From: Oopsacas minuta
Lineage: Eukaryota; Animalia; Porifera
Assembly: GCA_024704765.1 (NCBI GenBank)
Contig: JAKMXF010000310.1
Location: 1,114,649 to 1,135,080, forward strand
Length of the DNA: 20,432 nucleotides
Direction: 5' to 3'
Shown here: piece after piece, positions 1-11,463 of the stretch
How the letters are laid out: each line of letters starts with the position of its first letter
Numbering within the stretch: position 1 is the first letter of the stretch
The notes under the pieces: model-generated
Databases searched by the model: none
What the model saw: the letters and a program-made list of their open reading frames with translations, nothing else
Told to the model about the DNA's origin: nothing
Translations under genes and position numbers: made by a program

Positions 1-996
1 GACACTTGCTCAAGCAGATCGGGTACGTCTGCTGGTCGGGCGGACACAAGGGCTGGTATCTTCCGGATGCGCATAGCCTGCTCTTCGTCATGTGTGTAGT
101 CAGACTGCACATGGTGCCAGATATTCTGTGTGAGGTGGAAGAAGCAGCACTTCACTACTGTGTTAGGCCAGACATGCTCAAAGCTGTTAATTGCGCCCCT
201 TCTCAAAGTCCAGGAGCATCTGTTCAGGCTGGGCAAGAGGACAGAGTAGGCGGATCTGCTCCCACATCCTACAGTAGGTATCCTCTGTCTTGTTGGGCAG
301 TAGCACGAACAGACTCAGTAACAGATGACCGGTCTTCATAGGATCGTCTCCTCCGCGGAGTCCATGCACCATATATACCTGGGCGAAGAAGGGGAGGGGA
401 GGCGCCGTCTTGAAGGTACCATCAGCTAGCCAGATCTTGCTTTGCTGTTGCATCCCGAGGTTGCGTTGTGTCCCGAAGATGAGGAATCTATGTGCATCGT
501 CTTCCCCAGAGTCATAGAGTAGGAACTGTTCCCCCTTGGCTGTCCGCTGGTATTCTGAAGGTAGAACCAACTCTACTAGGGCGGTAGGCTCTCCTGGAGC
601 TGATAGTACACTTATATGCTGACGCTGTATCGTCCGCTTCAGGCTGTCCAGCTTAAGTAGTTTAGCAGCAGTACCCTCTGATGCTGTTAGCATACCCTCA
701 CCGATTATGTGGTGTGAGCTATCCTGTGTGTTCCGTGCTTTCCTCTTGATGCCTGCATTTATCTCACTGCAGGCCGTAGCCTGCACATCGGATGCATGCA
801 GATGCTCATTCGTACGCTTCACTATCTCCATTCCCTTCATATGAACCCTTGCTCTACACTTTCCTCTCTGCTGACACTGCCAATGTGTCATCTCTCCAAC
901 TCACCTGTCCATCAAATAAAGGTAGCGTCCTTCAAGCAGCTTTTGTCCTCCCTTACTTGTTCTGATCAGCCGGTAAGAGGGCTGATCAGGGTCCAT
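1..996 (-). pseudogene. Mutator-like (MULE) transposase pseudogene with N-terminal FLYWCH zinc finger; 3' part lies outside the window
   Basis: From ATG at 996: MDPDQPSYRLIRTSKGGQKLLEGRYLYLMDR*VGEMTHWQCQQRGKCRARVH...NEHLH (FLYWCH pattern, in-frame TGA at 901-903). Then WLADGTFK (first catalytic D) and LLDFEK (second D). A frameshift near 194-200 restores AINSFEHVWPNTVVKCCFFHLTQNIW, the MULE CxxH motif region. Confidence 0.92.
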
Positions 997-1400
997 TGAT
1001 AAAACGACGAGTTGTTGAAAGAATATAAAAATGTTGGAAAATAATATGTGGCTGAAAATGTAAGCTGTAAAATAATACAGTTGCAACATTAAATAGAACT
1101 ACACAAGTGAATTTACATGTTTACTGGCAAACATACAAATTCATTTCCCATCTTCTCCATCAATTGAATTAATTCCTGATATAAATTCGTTACCTTTACT
1201 ATAAATCATCTTACTTCACTTTGCTAACAACAGAACTTTTATGTTTAGGTTCACGATATCACTACTGTAACATTAGATTCTTCTGAAATTATTCATCCAA
1301 AATTAATTAATTATATTTGCAATATAATTAGCCATGTAAAACCTATTAAATTATTAACAAAAATTGACGAATCAAAAGTGGAGCGAAATGTCGGTATCCT
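1..1400 (-). mobile_element. Probable extent of the MULE element, with a putative terminus near 1399
   Basis: The AT-rich leader upstream of the ATG ends at a GC-richer motif (minus strand GGATACCGACATTTCGCTCCAC). This abuts the truncated left arm of foldback A. The partner TIR and TSD are outside the window, so the end is unverified. Confidence 0.45.
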
Positions 1401-1422
1401 AAATGGAATATTGATACGTCAG

Positions 1423-1788
1423 CAGGGTTGGGTTTAAGTACTTTAGAAAGTACTTAAGTACAAGTACAATTACAATTGAAATGAAAGTACTTTTGAACGA
1501 TTGATTCCTACCACTGCTTGTTACTTTTAGCAAAGTTTGTACTGCTTTACTTAATAAATATACCACACATCAAGGATATTCTAGTGAGCTTGCACTGCAA
1601 TAATCAACAATAGAAACTATCGTGTTGATCAATAAATTGGCAACAAAGCAAACAATCATTCAGTTAATAATAGCAGTTCAAAAAGTACTTGTAAAGTAAT
1701 TTAAATTTCAAGTACATTTGGACAGTATTTAAGTACATTTGATTAAACGAAAAGTAATTAAGTACAATTGTACTTGAACTCAACCCTA
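1423..1788. mobile_element. hAT-type MITE (366 bp)
   Basis: TIRs CAGGGTTGGGTTTAAGTAC and (rc) TAGGGTTGAGTTCAAGTAC match at 16/19, with many internal AAGTAC repeats. Degenerate 8-bp TSD TACGTCAG/TATGTAAG; the uninterrupted site TATTGATATGTAAG is present at about 6907. Confidence 0.85.
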
Positions 1789-2309
1789 TATGTAAGATTC
1801 ACAAAAGTCAAAATTTTCAGATGGAAGTGACGTCATTTGTTAGCGTAATAGGCAAATATATATTAAAAACTGCTCCATCCTTGCAACCATGTGGAACGTG
1901 GCATTTTCTGAGCCTTCGAACAGACCATGAATTGCAGGTATTTTGTGAATATCCTCTTATACATCGATAATTGCGGAAATTACGGTCAAATTTGGGTAGC
2001 CATTTATACTATACACCAACTTCCCATAATCTTGGAATATATTTGATATGATAACCCTAAAGAATAATCCGCAATCTCAAAAATGACCATATATGGGCAT
2101 ATTCATGATTACATCATATTAGCAAGAGATCTCATATCAAAATGTATTACAAGGATTTTTAGTCATGTGTATACTAAATATTGGCTATGCTGAATTGATC
2201 ATAATTGAAACAATTATCGAGTTACAAGAGGAAATTAACAAACATATGACATCCGAGGTCTGTGGTATAGCTCAGAAAATGCCAACTTTATCATGGCAAA
2301 TCATGTATA

Positions 2310-2492
2310 CAGTCAAACCTCATTAATACGTATACCAAGGAACTGTCGAGATTTGTACTCCTAATCAGGAGTACATATTAACCGAAGCAAAAACAATTGA
2401 ATAACCATTGTATGGACTAAAATTGTGGAAAATTCTGTTCGCCTTAACCGGAAATTCGTATTAAATGTGTTCGCATTAACGAGGTTTCACTG
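2310..2492. mobile_element. Tc1/mariner-superfamily (Tigger/pogo-like) MITE (183 bp)
   Basis: TIRs CAGTCAAACCTCATTAA and TTAACGAGGTTTCACTG, flanked by TA on both sides. It is absent from the homologous position of foldback B (about 7090-7110). Confidence 0.88.
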
Positions 2493-3125
2493 TATTTTGT
2501 ACAGAAACGATTTTAGATCATTTGGTATTTTAACATTTTGATCATAGATTAATAATTAACGTTCTACATGGTCGCAAAGATGGAGCAGTTTTTAATATAT
2601 ATTTGCCAATTAGGCTAACAAATGACGTCACTTCAGTCTGAAAATTTGCATAAATGTGGCTTTTGTGAATTCTTATATATCAATAATACATGTATTTGGC
2701 GAAAAATGTACTAGTTCTTATTATCGGCGATTATAGATTTTTCCCACTAAAATATATCGGGAATGTGGCATTAGTTCTACCCTTTAATTATGATTGTAGA
2801 GCTATATTTAATTAGGAGGGGATTAGGGATTTTGTTCACTACCTTATCGATCTGGGAGTTTTCATTTGTACTCGTTATTAAGCTACTTAGGGACGGGGAT
2901 GTGGAGTCCATGCTATTTTGTGTTTGAATGGACTTTTGTTTGATAAATTATTAGAAAAGTAGGCAAAATGGCGGATCGCTGGATTGTTTTGCTTATATAA
3001 CGTTTGTGCAGGTTTTTTAGAAATTTAAGGAAGCATTCAGTGTTCCTCAAAATATGAATTGGCCCTAAATAAGAGATATTTACAGCTAAAATACATTCGC
3101 TCTATCGACAACATAGCTAAAATAG

Positions 3126-3322
3126 AATTCGACTTAATGTAAACAATGAAATTCGACCTAATGCCAACACACGGAATTCGACCTAATGCATGCGCCCCAA
3201 GTAGAAGCACTGCCAATTTTCCGAGTAGAACTATTGACTACTGTCACAATAGAATTAATGCCTACATATGCAGTAGAACTAATGCATGCGCCCCAATATA
3301 TCCACTTCCTCTTATCCCTGGT
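3126..3322. repeat. Short tandem-repeat cluster, probably a transposon subterminal remnant
   Basis: AATTCGAC(C/T)TAATG at 3126, 3150 and 3175 (24-25 bp period). TAATGCATGCGCCCCAA occurs near 3185 and 3280. The right end shares 24/25 nt with 19745-19769 in inverted orientation. Confidence 0.6.
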
Positions 3323-3388
3323 CCAGTGAAATTGACTCAATGATCAGGCCTTATCTTTAGTCGGCTATGCTCTATACCAAATTAGGTC

Positions 3389-3850
3389 AGTCATATAGGC
3401 CTACTTGGAATGCTTGTAGTTTGTGAGCTTTGGGGATTTCACACCTTTTCATAAATATCTAAATAATACAAATAATTCGGAACAAATAAATATTAGACCT
3501 GAAATATGTACTACGATTGAAAGGAAGTTATACATGGGATTGGTCCTATTGGCTTTACTAAAACATTATATACACTAAAGGCAATGGTGCTAATTGATGG
3601 ATTTGAACCAGGGACATGTTAAGTCAGTCATAGGAATGACAATTAATAGCGATAATATTGTGATAGTACACTTTGGCACGAATAAATATATTATTAAAAT
3701 TGAACAATACGCCTATTAATGTATGCATTGTTAAGTATAAATAACATCTAATTTCAACTTGTTTCGAATTATTTGCATTATTTCAATATATATCATGAAA
3801 AGGTGCGAAAACTAAAAACATAAACAAATTCCAAGTGGACCAATATGACC
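3389..3850. mobile_element. Non-autonomous element with about 105-bp imperfect inverted arms
   Basis: 3389-3496 (GTCATATAGGCCTACTTGGAAT...CACCTTTTCATA...AAATAATTCGGAACAA) is the approximate reverse complement of 3748-3850. No TSD was identified. Confidence 0.7.
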
Positions 3851-4033
3851 AACGAAATTCGCATACACGACTTCCTATTCAGCAATAATATATTCAATAT
3901 CAATTGAACTAATGATTTTGCGATATCAATATTCACACACTGGCCAAACTTTATATAGAGCTAATAAGAGTTGTCTGTTCGGGTAGTTTAGAAGTCAATG
4001 ATCTAAAATAGAACGAGAAAACAGTAGACATAC

Positions 4034-4114
4034 GATGATGTTGAAGATATCTTGGTGGTCAATGTCAGTTATATAGAGGCCAGATCCATTTAGTAAAGGG
4101 ACGGGAGGTCCATT
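4034..4114 (-). CDS. Putative host-gene exon (81 nt, phase 0-0): NGPPVPLLNGSGLYITDIDHQDIFNII
   Basis: Acceptor TTTATTTCTTTTAG, donor ATC|GTATGT. Only one frame is open, and it continues the frame of the 47-nt exon across a 128-nt GT-AG intron. Read-through to IVCLLFSRSILDH* is an alternative. Confidence 0.65.
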
Positions 4115-4242
4115 CTAAAAGAAATAAATTGATAATAATTTCCAATAGAAAATAGAGGGTAGCGGATATTAAAGTATTCATATCCAGAGAGTTGAAAACA
4201 TCATCAAATATAATGAATGATATACGTAAATGATTGAATTAC

Positions 4243-4289
4243 CTCAAGGTATATATTGAATGATGCCAGACATGATAATTCACTTGGTC
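4243..4289 (-). CDS. Putative host-gene exon (47 nt, phase 1-0): (G)PSELSCLASFNIYLE
   Basis: Very strong polypyrimidine acceptor TTCCTTTCTATTTTTATTCTTTTAG and donor GAG|GTAATT. It completes a C-x-GP-x4-C motif when joined to the 42-nt exon. Confidence 0.7.
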
Positions 4290-5117
4290 CTAAAAGAATA
4301 AAAATAGAAAGGAAAAGTGATAGAAGAATCTCCCTAAAAATTAAATCCTAAGAAACCACGAATGTATTATGAATTTAGTGGAATATATTTGAAAAAGTTT
4401 AAGGATATCATATTAAATGTCATATTAAATGACGTGCCTAGGTTTGGTTTGACTTTCAATATTTAATCTATGTTATATTGAGTTAAGATTTGATGATTCC
4501 ATATGATGATAAGTAAAACAAACATTATATTAAGTGCCGAAAGATGCTTTATCCTGAGGACATATAATTACTGCATGAGCCCACCTGAATTGCAAAAGTG
4601 CCAAATAATAGAAACTTAACATATAGTATAGAATAAGTAATAGTTGACATAGGTAGTAATTAAAGAATTAGCGCACTGCACTCGCAAGCATATAATTAAC
4701 TAGGCACTTCGCTTGCTAGATGGATGTGAGGCAGCTGGATATTCAATTCGGGCCTTGAATTTAGATTAAGTATCCAAGGCAAAATTTCGTATAAAGAGGA
4801 AACCGCTTAGAACGAACACATATAGCGAAATCACGGCTATTACGAATATACTTCCTCCATCCAGTTTGTTTTCATTTGATCCAATGATATCTACTCAGGC
4901 ATGCTATAACGAATACAGATATAACGAAATCAGGGTATAACGATTATTCTTACACTCCCAGTTACATTAGATTAAACATTCAGATCACGGTTAAAACGAA
5001 TTTAAGCTTACTGCAAAAAGTCTTTGATTTCCAAATAAGCGCGTTCCACTATTAATACACGGATAATATTGTGTTTGACAATTAAAATTGTGGTTTAGGG
5101 AAATTACTACTCCACAC

Positions 5118-5575
5118 TATAGTTAGAATCGGGCACATTTTCCAAAACCCGAGCCCGAGCCGAACCCGAAGTGAAAAATCCTCTAGACCAGTGGTTCTCG
5201 AATCCTTTTCTTCCCCACCTCATAATACAAATTTAAATCTCTCTTAATGGGATCTTTCCGGATTTGAACCGGTTGTTGTGCAGGCACCTCAGAAGAAATT
5301 TAACATCAATAATGTGCTAGTGACATTAAGACCAATATAAAATTTTCGGCCGGCAATTGAGAACCACTGCTCTAGAGTCTAGATCTCTAGTCAGCCAAGT
5401 GAGTTCCAAATGAGATGATGAGTTTAGAATTTTGTATAGATATAATATTTTTGAGTTCTAGGTAAATAATTTCAACTATTTGAATGATATGACTGTAGGC
5501 CACAATGTGCTAAGTACTAAATTATCACCAATGAACATGAAATCAACCTGAGCCCGAACCAATTCGAAAAACTCC
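5118..5575. mobile_element. Degenerate hAT-type MITE with CCCGAA subterminal repeats, hosting the 5189-5370 MITE
   Basis: Left end TATAGTTAGAATCGGG...CCCGAGCCCGAGCCGAACCCGAAGTG resembles the 13604 element (12/16 at the terminus). The right end CCCGAACCAATTCG is degenerate. Confidence 0.5.
5189..5370. mobile_element. hAT Buster/Charlie-type MITE (182 bp)
   Basis: TIRs CAGTGGTTCTC / GAGAACCACTG. TSD CTCTAGAC/CTCTAGAG (7/8) fits the nnnTAnnn Buster-type target. Confidence 0.92.
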
Positions 5576-6375
5576 AACATGACTCCAAATGTGTTTTACA
5601 CAAATTTGAGGGATTATATGATGAAACAATATACTAATTAGGCATTTCTTCCAAAATAGAGATAAACTATGTTTTTCCGTTTCACGTATATAACGAATTA
5701 GGGTTTATAGCGAATAAACTGTGACTGTCGCAATTAGTTAATTATTATAGTGTTCAATTGAGGTGCTGCGGGACTCAATAAACTCATTACGATGTGTCTC
5801 GATATAAAAGCGGCAATTTTCCCCTTTAACAGCCATTATTGGGCGGGCGAGAGGGGGTTCGGTAGTAAGTGGGAAATACAGTTGGGTTCCAGACCCACCC
5901 ACCCAACCAGTTACTACCAGATGTAACTGTTTTCAAAATGCAATTTTTGAAGAACCACCCCTATAATCCACAGAATGGTAGGTCTTAGTGTATAGAATTC
6001 CATGGAATATAATTAGAATTAATTGAATTAAAGTATGATTACGTAGTGTCTATTTACATCGGCCAGTCCCTGCCTATAGACACTTCGCAATGCATATTGT
6101 CTGATAACTACACATCATTGCTAAGCATATCTCGTTCGGATGATGGATTAACCAATGTATATTCACTGGGAACTCTGTGCATAAATAATGTCAAACTGTT
6201 ACTTGTGTACCTCTGTCACAATGCACGGAGTTAGCAGCGAATAGACATTGGAAATTCGTATAATTCTGAGAATGGAATGTTGACACATTCCTGCGTTGCT
6301 TGGGAAAATATATTAACAATAATATCCTAGATATGGAACGTGTGATTAATTACATAATATTTGTGAAAATTGATA

Positions 6376-6478
6376 ATAGCTTCAATATATTTGCTAAAAT
6401 CATGAATTTTTGTACTTCTAATTAACAATGCACTACGTATATATTCCGAGACCAGAAAATAAGTATAGTTCCAGTCCT
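6376..6478 (+). repeat. Dispersed repeat fragment; second copy at 19070-19173
   Basis: GCTTCA(A/G)TATATTTGC...ATCATGA(A/G)TTTTTGTACTT...CAATGCACT...CCAGAAAATAA...TAGTT(C/T)CAGTCCT is shared in direct orientation. Confidence 0.75.
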
Positions 6479-6664
6479 TATATGAATTTGGCTCAGGGCC
6501 GGCGAGAGGGGTTTGCTTGGGGTAAAACAGGTGGGCCCGGGCCTAATACGGGCCGGGTGGATTGGAGGCATTCTTTAGTAATATAAAATACGTATGGAGT
6601 ATTTCTCATAAATGAAATCGATGATACGAATGTCATTTATAAGAGTATATTGTAAAAGATCATA

Positions 6665-6746
6665 CAGTAAACTTCGGATTTAACGACACTCATTTGGAAA
6701 ATCACAAAGGTCGTCATATACGATGTGTCGCTAAATCAGAAGTTGC
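6665..6746. mobile_element. Small Tigger-like MITE with a degenerate right end
   Basis: TA|CAGTAAACTTCGGATTTAACGACAC pairs with GTGTCGCTAAATCAGAAGTT (18/20 over the core). The outermost right bases have diverged. Confidence 0.65.
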
Positions 6747-6851
6747 TCCAAATGTCTATTATATACCTTGATGGATTCCAATACTCATTTTAATATTGTA
6801 CAACGCTCTTGCGAACACCAAACCATACATATGACGAGCAAGTTTGCAGAT

Positions 6852-7442
6852 AAATCCATAATCGTCGATAATAAGGAACTGGTACATTTTCACCTGAAAA
6901 TTTTATTATTGATATGTAAGAATTCACAATAGCCACATTCCTGAAAATTCTCAGATAGAAGTGACCTAATTTGTAAGGGTAATTGGCAAATATATAAGAA
7001 AACTACTCCATCTTTCAAACCATGTAGAACGTTAATTATTAATCTATGTTCAAAATGTTGATGCCAAATGATCTAAAGCCGTTTCCGTACAAAGCATAAG
7101 AACTTTTTCATGATAAAGTTCGTACGTTTCCGGGTTATCGTACAGACCATGGATGTCACATGTTTTGCCAATATCCACTTGAAACTCGATAATCGTGGAA
7201 ATTGTGGTCAAATCAGGATAGCAATTTGATAGTATACACTCAACTTCTCTTACCTTGTAATATATTTTGATATGATATTTCTCAAAATTCTAGCTCAATC
7301 TCAAAAATGACCATTGTGGGCATATTCATGATTACATCATTTGGCAAGAGATATCAAAAAGTATCACAAGGGTATGGGAAGTTGGGTGTATACTACAAAA
7401 TGAATATCCTGATTGACCATAATTTTCACGATTATCGAGTTA
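6852..7442. mobile_element. Foldback element B (same subfamily as A), right arm truncated
   Basis: The left arm matches the reverse complement of A's right arm without the MITE insertions. Core AACTCGATAATCG...spacer...CGATTATCGAGTT at 7183-7441. Symmetry is lost after about 7442. Confidence 0.8.
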
Positions 7443-7881
7443 GAATTCTGGAAGAAAATTCACAGATTAGATGAATTTATTAAATAATTGTCTCGCAAAA
7501 TACAATAAGAGAGCAAAGTACTTCACACAAACAAAATATACAATTGTATATCGTGGATATACGGCTAAAATTTGAGTTGGGAATAGGTCGATTTTTGAAA
7601 TATATTAATAAACATAGTGGTGCAAACATACTTCGAATGTGCCACTTCTGACACTTGTGGCACAAATATGAAAATGCTAATAAGTCAACAAGATTTTTGC
7701 AAACAGTCCGAATATTTATCCTCGGGTAATATACACTCATAAAATCAGCTCGCAATTGTATCAGTATCTATATTGCACAGTCCAATAAACAAAAGTTCAT
7801 GAAAACTTATTAACTAATATCCTGACATTGATCACGTTTAATCTACATTTTCGTTTCTGAAATATTTCATGCTCATTTAAA

Positions 7882-8487
7882 TGAATACGAGCCTTTGGCT
7901 CGTCGCTTCGCCATGAACTCGGCGCATTAGGCCTCGAGGTATTCAACGGAAAAACAAACAGACAAACAACAATAGAGATTAAATAATATTGATGTTGTTT
8001 ACAATATTCAGACTCAGCATACTCGTTATAGTCGTTGAAAGTATGATTCTACCTCAATTTTGAAATTTGTTTACTATATTCATAAAAACAACAATAAATG
8101 TAAATAAGAAAACTTGAAGATGCGAAATTCTGGTTCAGAATATAGTGTCATCCCTGTGTAGCCGTTGAAAGCAAACCTGTATGTATACTTTGAAAGTTGG
8201 CTAATTTGTTTACTATATATTCATAAAAACAACAATGAATTGACTTATGCTTAATCCAAAAGTGTGAAAATCGGATTCAGCATGTTCAATATATTTAGTG
8301 AAGTATTATTGAATTCTATTTTCTTCCTTGATAAACACGATAAATACATAGTTACGCGATAATTTCAAAATTGCATACTATAAATCCTTTCCTTGACACG
8401 GACAAACAAACAAACAAACAAACAAACAAACAAACAAACAAACAAACAACAAACAAACAGACAATCATTGAGATTTAATAATATAGA
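7882..8487 (-). mobile_element. Non-autonomous Helitron-like element, copy 1
   Basis: On the minus strand it starts A|TCTATATTATTAAATCTCAAT followed by a (TTTG)n microsatellite. It ends near the hairpin ACGAGCC-AAA-GGCTCGT (7887-7903). It has no TIR or TSD, and about 450 bp are colinear with 13729-14483. There is no canonical CTRR end. Confidence 0.65.
8402..8459. repeat. (ACAA)n microsatellite inside the Helitron-like element
   Basis: Near-perfect tetranucleotide run; the paralogous position at 14432-14456 carries (GACA)n. Confidence 0.97.
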
Positions 8488-8963
8488 TTTAGATTTTAGA
8501 CTGAAACCTGAAATCAGAACCTTGTAATAAGAAAGAATAAGAACTTCCATTGGAATTTTTGAATAATGTTGCAATGATTTGCGTAAAGTAGAGTAATTTT
8601 GAAATTTGCTATATCATGAAGTAGCCATTTTGGGGCTTTTGAGGCCGCATTTTGCGGCGTTGCCATGATTTTAAGTTAGGCTTCTGCCATCCCGGGCCCG
8701 TTTTATAATGTGAGAGATGTTGCACCTCTCAGTATTGCGGAAAATTACCTGCCAAATGTAAATGAAAAAGTAACTCCTACTTATAGCTAATAAATTCCAA
8801 AAAATCCTTGTTGACTAAATAATAAAGAAATCAGATATGCAATTCAACAAAATGAAATCAATAAGAAAAATCAATAGCAATTCTTGAATCTAGGATGGCA
8901 AAATCTTAATAAGCTGCCAAAAATGATGAAATAAATTCAAGGTAATATAGACAGCAGAGCTGC

Positions 8964-9046
8964 AAATGGGTCAATGGGTCAGATGGGTCACTTTTTTAAG
9001 ATGGGTCAGTGGGTCATGGGTCATGCGTTAATGGGTCATGACCCAT
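8964..9046 (+). repeat. Left subterminal TGGGTCA array of the hAT element (probable transposase binding sites)
   Basis: Seven direct copies counting the one in the TIR, one degenerate copy (TGCGTTA) and one inverted copy. Confidence 0.85.
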
Positions 9047-9367
9047 CAAATTTTTATTTATATACTATGTAGGCTTAAAAGAGTTATTTGTCAATTAGAA
9101 AACCTTCTAAATAGAGTTAATAGAGGTGGTCATTATACTAAATGTTTGGAATACTACAAGTGAGAGTCATATTATGTCTTCAGGTGTAGTAACTGCAATC
9201 ATCAATTAAGTTTTCGTGTCTTAATCTTATCGGCAAACCTACTATGTACAATATTACCGGAATCTTAGGATTGCAATTCAAATAGACAGAAATCTTCAAG
9301 TATAAATATATATCTAGACTGACAGTTTTCATTTATATATTCCTCTGAGATCTACTTACTGTAGTGA

Positions 9368-11310
9368 ATGTCTAACAACTGTGAAGATGTAAGGGCTGCT
9401 CTCCACCATGGTGATATGTTCTTATGCAACAACGACTACCCAAAGTGCAAAGCAGATGTGTGGAAGAAATTCCGATTGATAAAAATCAAAGCAACTAATG
9501 AATTACTATTTGGTTGGTCAGCCTGTAAAGAGTGCTTCGCATGTCTAAAATTCAAAGCAAAACAAACTGATGGCTCTGTTAGATTATATGGAACTAAAAA
9601 TCTCGCGGACCATTGCAAAACCTGCTCCCCCAAAGGGGAAACTCAATCTTCTGTAGCAAGTTTTTTCAAGAAAACCCCAGGAAAGCACTTCACGAGAGAA
9701 GAAGGGAAGCGAGTGAAGGATGCAGAGGTCCGTATGGTTGTTCAAGGTGGTACTTCATTTATGTTTGTCGATAATCCCGGGTTGAGATTATTTGCTCAGA
9801 AAATGATCCAAATTGGAAGCATGTACGGAAATCTTGATGTTAATGACGTGCTTTTTGGTAGAGAAACGGTCAAAAAGTCTACATTTGAGAAAATGACTGA
9901 GTGTCACGAGAAAATAAAGAAATCAATTGCGGAATGTTCTTTGAACAAAATGGTGGCGTTTACTACAGATTTGGCGACAGATAACATAAACCATAATTCT
10001 TATCTCGATTTTACCGTGTTCTAGATAGATGGTTCGTGGACCCTGAATCATTCAATGTATCGATGTTCCTATTTTCCTGAAAAGCATACTGCCGTCAATA
10101 TAGAAAAAGTGATTGATGAAAATCTGTCTGAACTAAATCTATCTCTTGTGGACACGCCATGTACTACTGATAAAGGATCAAATTTCATATGCGCTACTCT
10201 TGCTAAAACCCATGTTGATTGCGCATGTCATCGTATAAATACCGTAATTGACATTGCATGGAAACAAGCTATGGACTCAAATCCTGAACTGAAGCTCCTT
10301 GATCAGTCTGCTCATACTTTGGTAAAATTTGTTAATCAAGCGTGTGGAATTCAATCAGAACTTCCTACAACACTAAAACACGGAGGTGAAACACGCCCAT
10401 GGAGGAGTTTACATTCTATGTTTTTTTCTATTCTAGTGAGTAGGGAGACTTTAGTCATAGAACTTCGAAAATGAAAACGAGAGAATTTAATTTATCATTT
10501 CGATATCGATTAGTTAAGGGAAGTTGTTGAGTTTCTATCTGGTTTTTCTGATTTATTTGACTTGCTAGAATATGCCAATAAACCGACCCTTCAAAATCTC
10601 GTTCCAGTATACTACACGCTGTACGAGCTTTGGCAAATAAAAGAAGAAGATTCTGAAATACAGCAAGTTCTGAAGGCAGAATTTCTTCCGGTATTGACAG
10701 AGAAGTTGTGGAACAGTATTGAGATGCTTCATCTCAGTGCTACGTTTCTTGATCCATCGTTGAGATCATTTACGTTCGTAAGATCAAAAGTTGATCGGGA
10801 GGGTTTCTTTAGACAGATCAAGGAATCTCTTCTTAGTCTAGCAAAAGAGGTGGATCAAACTAATAAAAGTGTTAATATCGAGGATGTTGCCATTACCACT
10901 TTGAGTTGGATCAATCTAACCTTGATATGCAACCTCAAAAGAAGGTTAAATATGATCCATTCAGTTGGTTTCAAATCAATGAGACCACGACATCAACAAC
11001 AACAAATCAAATTACAGACATTGATTTACAATTTAATGAAGAATTGCAAATGTATATTCAAGAAACTGTTCCGAAACGGGAGAATTTTAATCTCCTTGAT
11101 TGGTGGAAGCAGAATAAACTTAGGTTTCCATTATTATCAATAATTGCCATGAGACTATTGGTAATTCAGGCATCCTCATCCGAAAGCGAGAGACACTTTA
11201 GTGCCTTTAATGCTCGGCATATTGTAACATCTCAGCGGAATGCAATGTTGCCAGAAACTATCGAAGCTGTCTCTGTTGTGTTGGAAGGATATAAAAACAA
11301 CTTAATTTAA
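9368..11310 (+). pseudogene. hAT transposase pseudogene (about 646-647 aa reconstructed): BED finger, DDE core, C-terminal dimerization domain
   Basis: BED finger VWKKF...GWSACKEC...GTKNLADHCKTC; D in TTDLATD, D in TTDKGSN, CACH, TRPW, and E in SSESERHFS; WWKQNKLRFPLLS. In-frame stops at 10022 (TAG), 10472 (TGA) and 10511 (TAG), plus one frameshift at about 10876-10906. Confidence 0.95.
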
Positions 11311-11366
11311 TTATTGTGTTAGACTAAATACTTACATTATACTTGCTCCTAATAATGAAATACATA

Positions 11367-11463
11367 ATGGGTCAGAATGGGTCAGAAAATAATAAATGGG
11401 TCATGGGTCATGGGTCACTACTTCGATGGGTCACATGGGTCATGGGTCACTTCATATGACCCA
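11367..11463 (+). repeat. Right subterminal TGGGTCA array of the hAT element
   Basis: Eight copies in the same orientation as the left array, then the inverted copy within the right TIR. Confidence 0.85.

Larger units (their letters stand above)
1409..2740. mobile_element. Foldback (long palindromic) element A, interrupted by two MITEs
   Basis: 1789-1915 is the reverse complement of about 2560-2680 (GAAGTGACGTCATTTGTTAGC...AAAAACTGCTCCATC). Inner arms 1964-2060 and 2135-2223 also pair around an asymmetric spacer (AATCTCAAAAATGACCATATATGGGCATATTCATGATT). The right arm matches the copy at 6852 out to about 2740. Confidence 0.8.
4801..5812. repeat. Degenerate Tigger-like MITE remnant, possibly split by later insertions
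   Basis: TATAACGAA-like motifs recur at about 4821-4995 and 5687-5712. Weak terminal complementarity CCGCTTAGAACGAACAC / GTGTCTCGATATAAAAGCGG. Boundaries are uncertain. Confidence 0.4.

Noticed and set aside
6-341. 111-aa plus-strand ORF, and also 796-999 (+)
   Set aside because: Antisense shadows of the GC-richer MULE transposase with no recognisable motif.
3126-3200. CRISPR-like repeat-spacer appearance of AATTCGACCTAATG x3
   Set aside because: Repeats are 14 bp with 10-11 bp gaps, there are no cas genes, and the context is eukaryotic.
3146-3343. Overlapping 65-aa and 60-aa ORFs
   Set aside because: They arise from tandem repeats and show no protein family signal.
3815-3876. Possible next exon EVVYANFVGHIGPLG on the minus strand
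   Set aside because: Weak acceptor, no good donor, and it overlaps the inverted arm of the 3389-3850 element.
6046-6290. 62-aa plus ORF and a possible 55-nt minus exon (NYTNFQCLFAANSVHCDR)
   Set aside because: Splice signals are moderate, and its phase is incompatible with following the 42-nt exon in the cysteine frame.
6496-6560. GC-rich CAGGGCCGGCGAGAGGGG motif (similar at about 5842) resembling a hAT end
   Set aside because: No partner TIR or TSD was found; probably a fragment that cannot be delimited.
8365-8574. 69-aa ORF with CLFV repeats
   Set aside because: Translation of the (TTTG)n microsatellite.
9301-9310. TATA-like TATAAATA about 65 bp upstream of the hAT ATG
   Set aside because: Plausible but uninformative in such AT-rich DNA.
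10022-10513. Alternative genetic code or programmed readthrough to explain the hAT stops
   Set aside because: The stops are of two types in contexts implying different residues, and a frameshift is also present. Ordinary decay is simpler.
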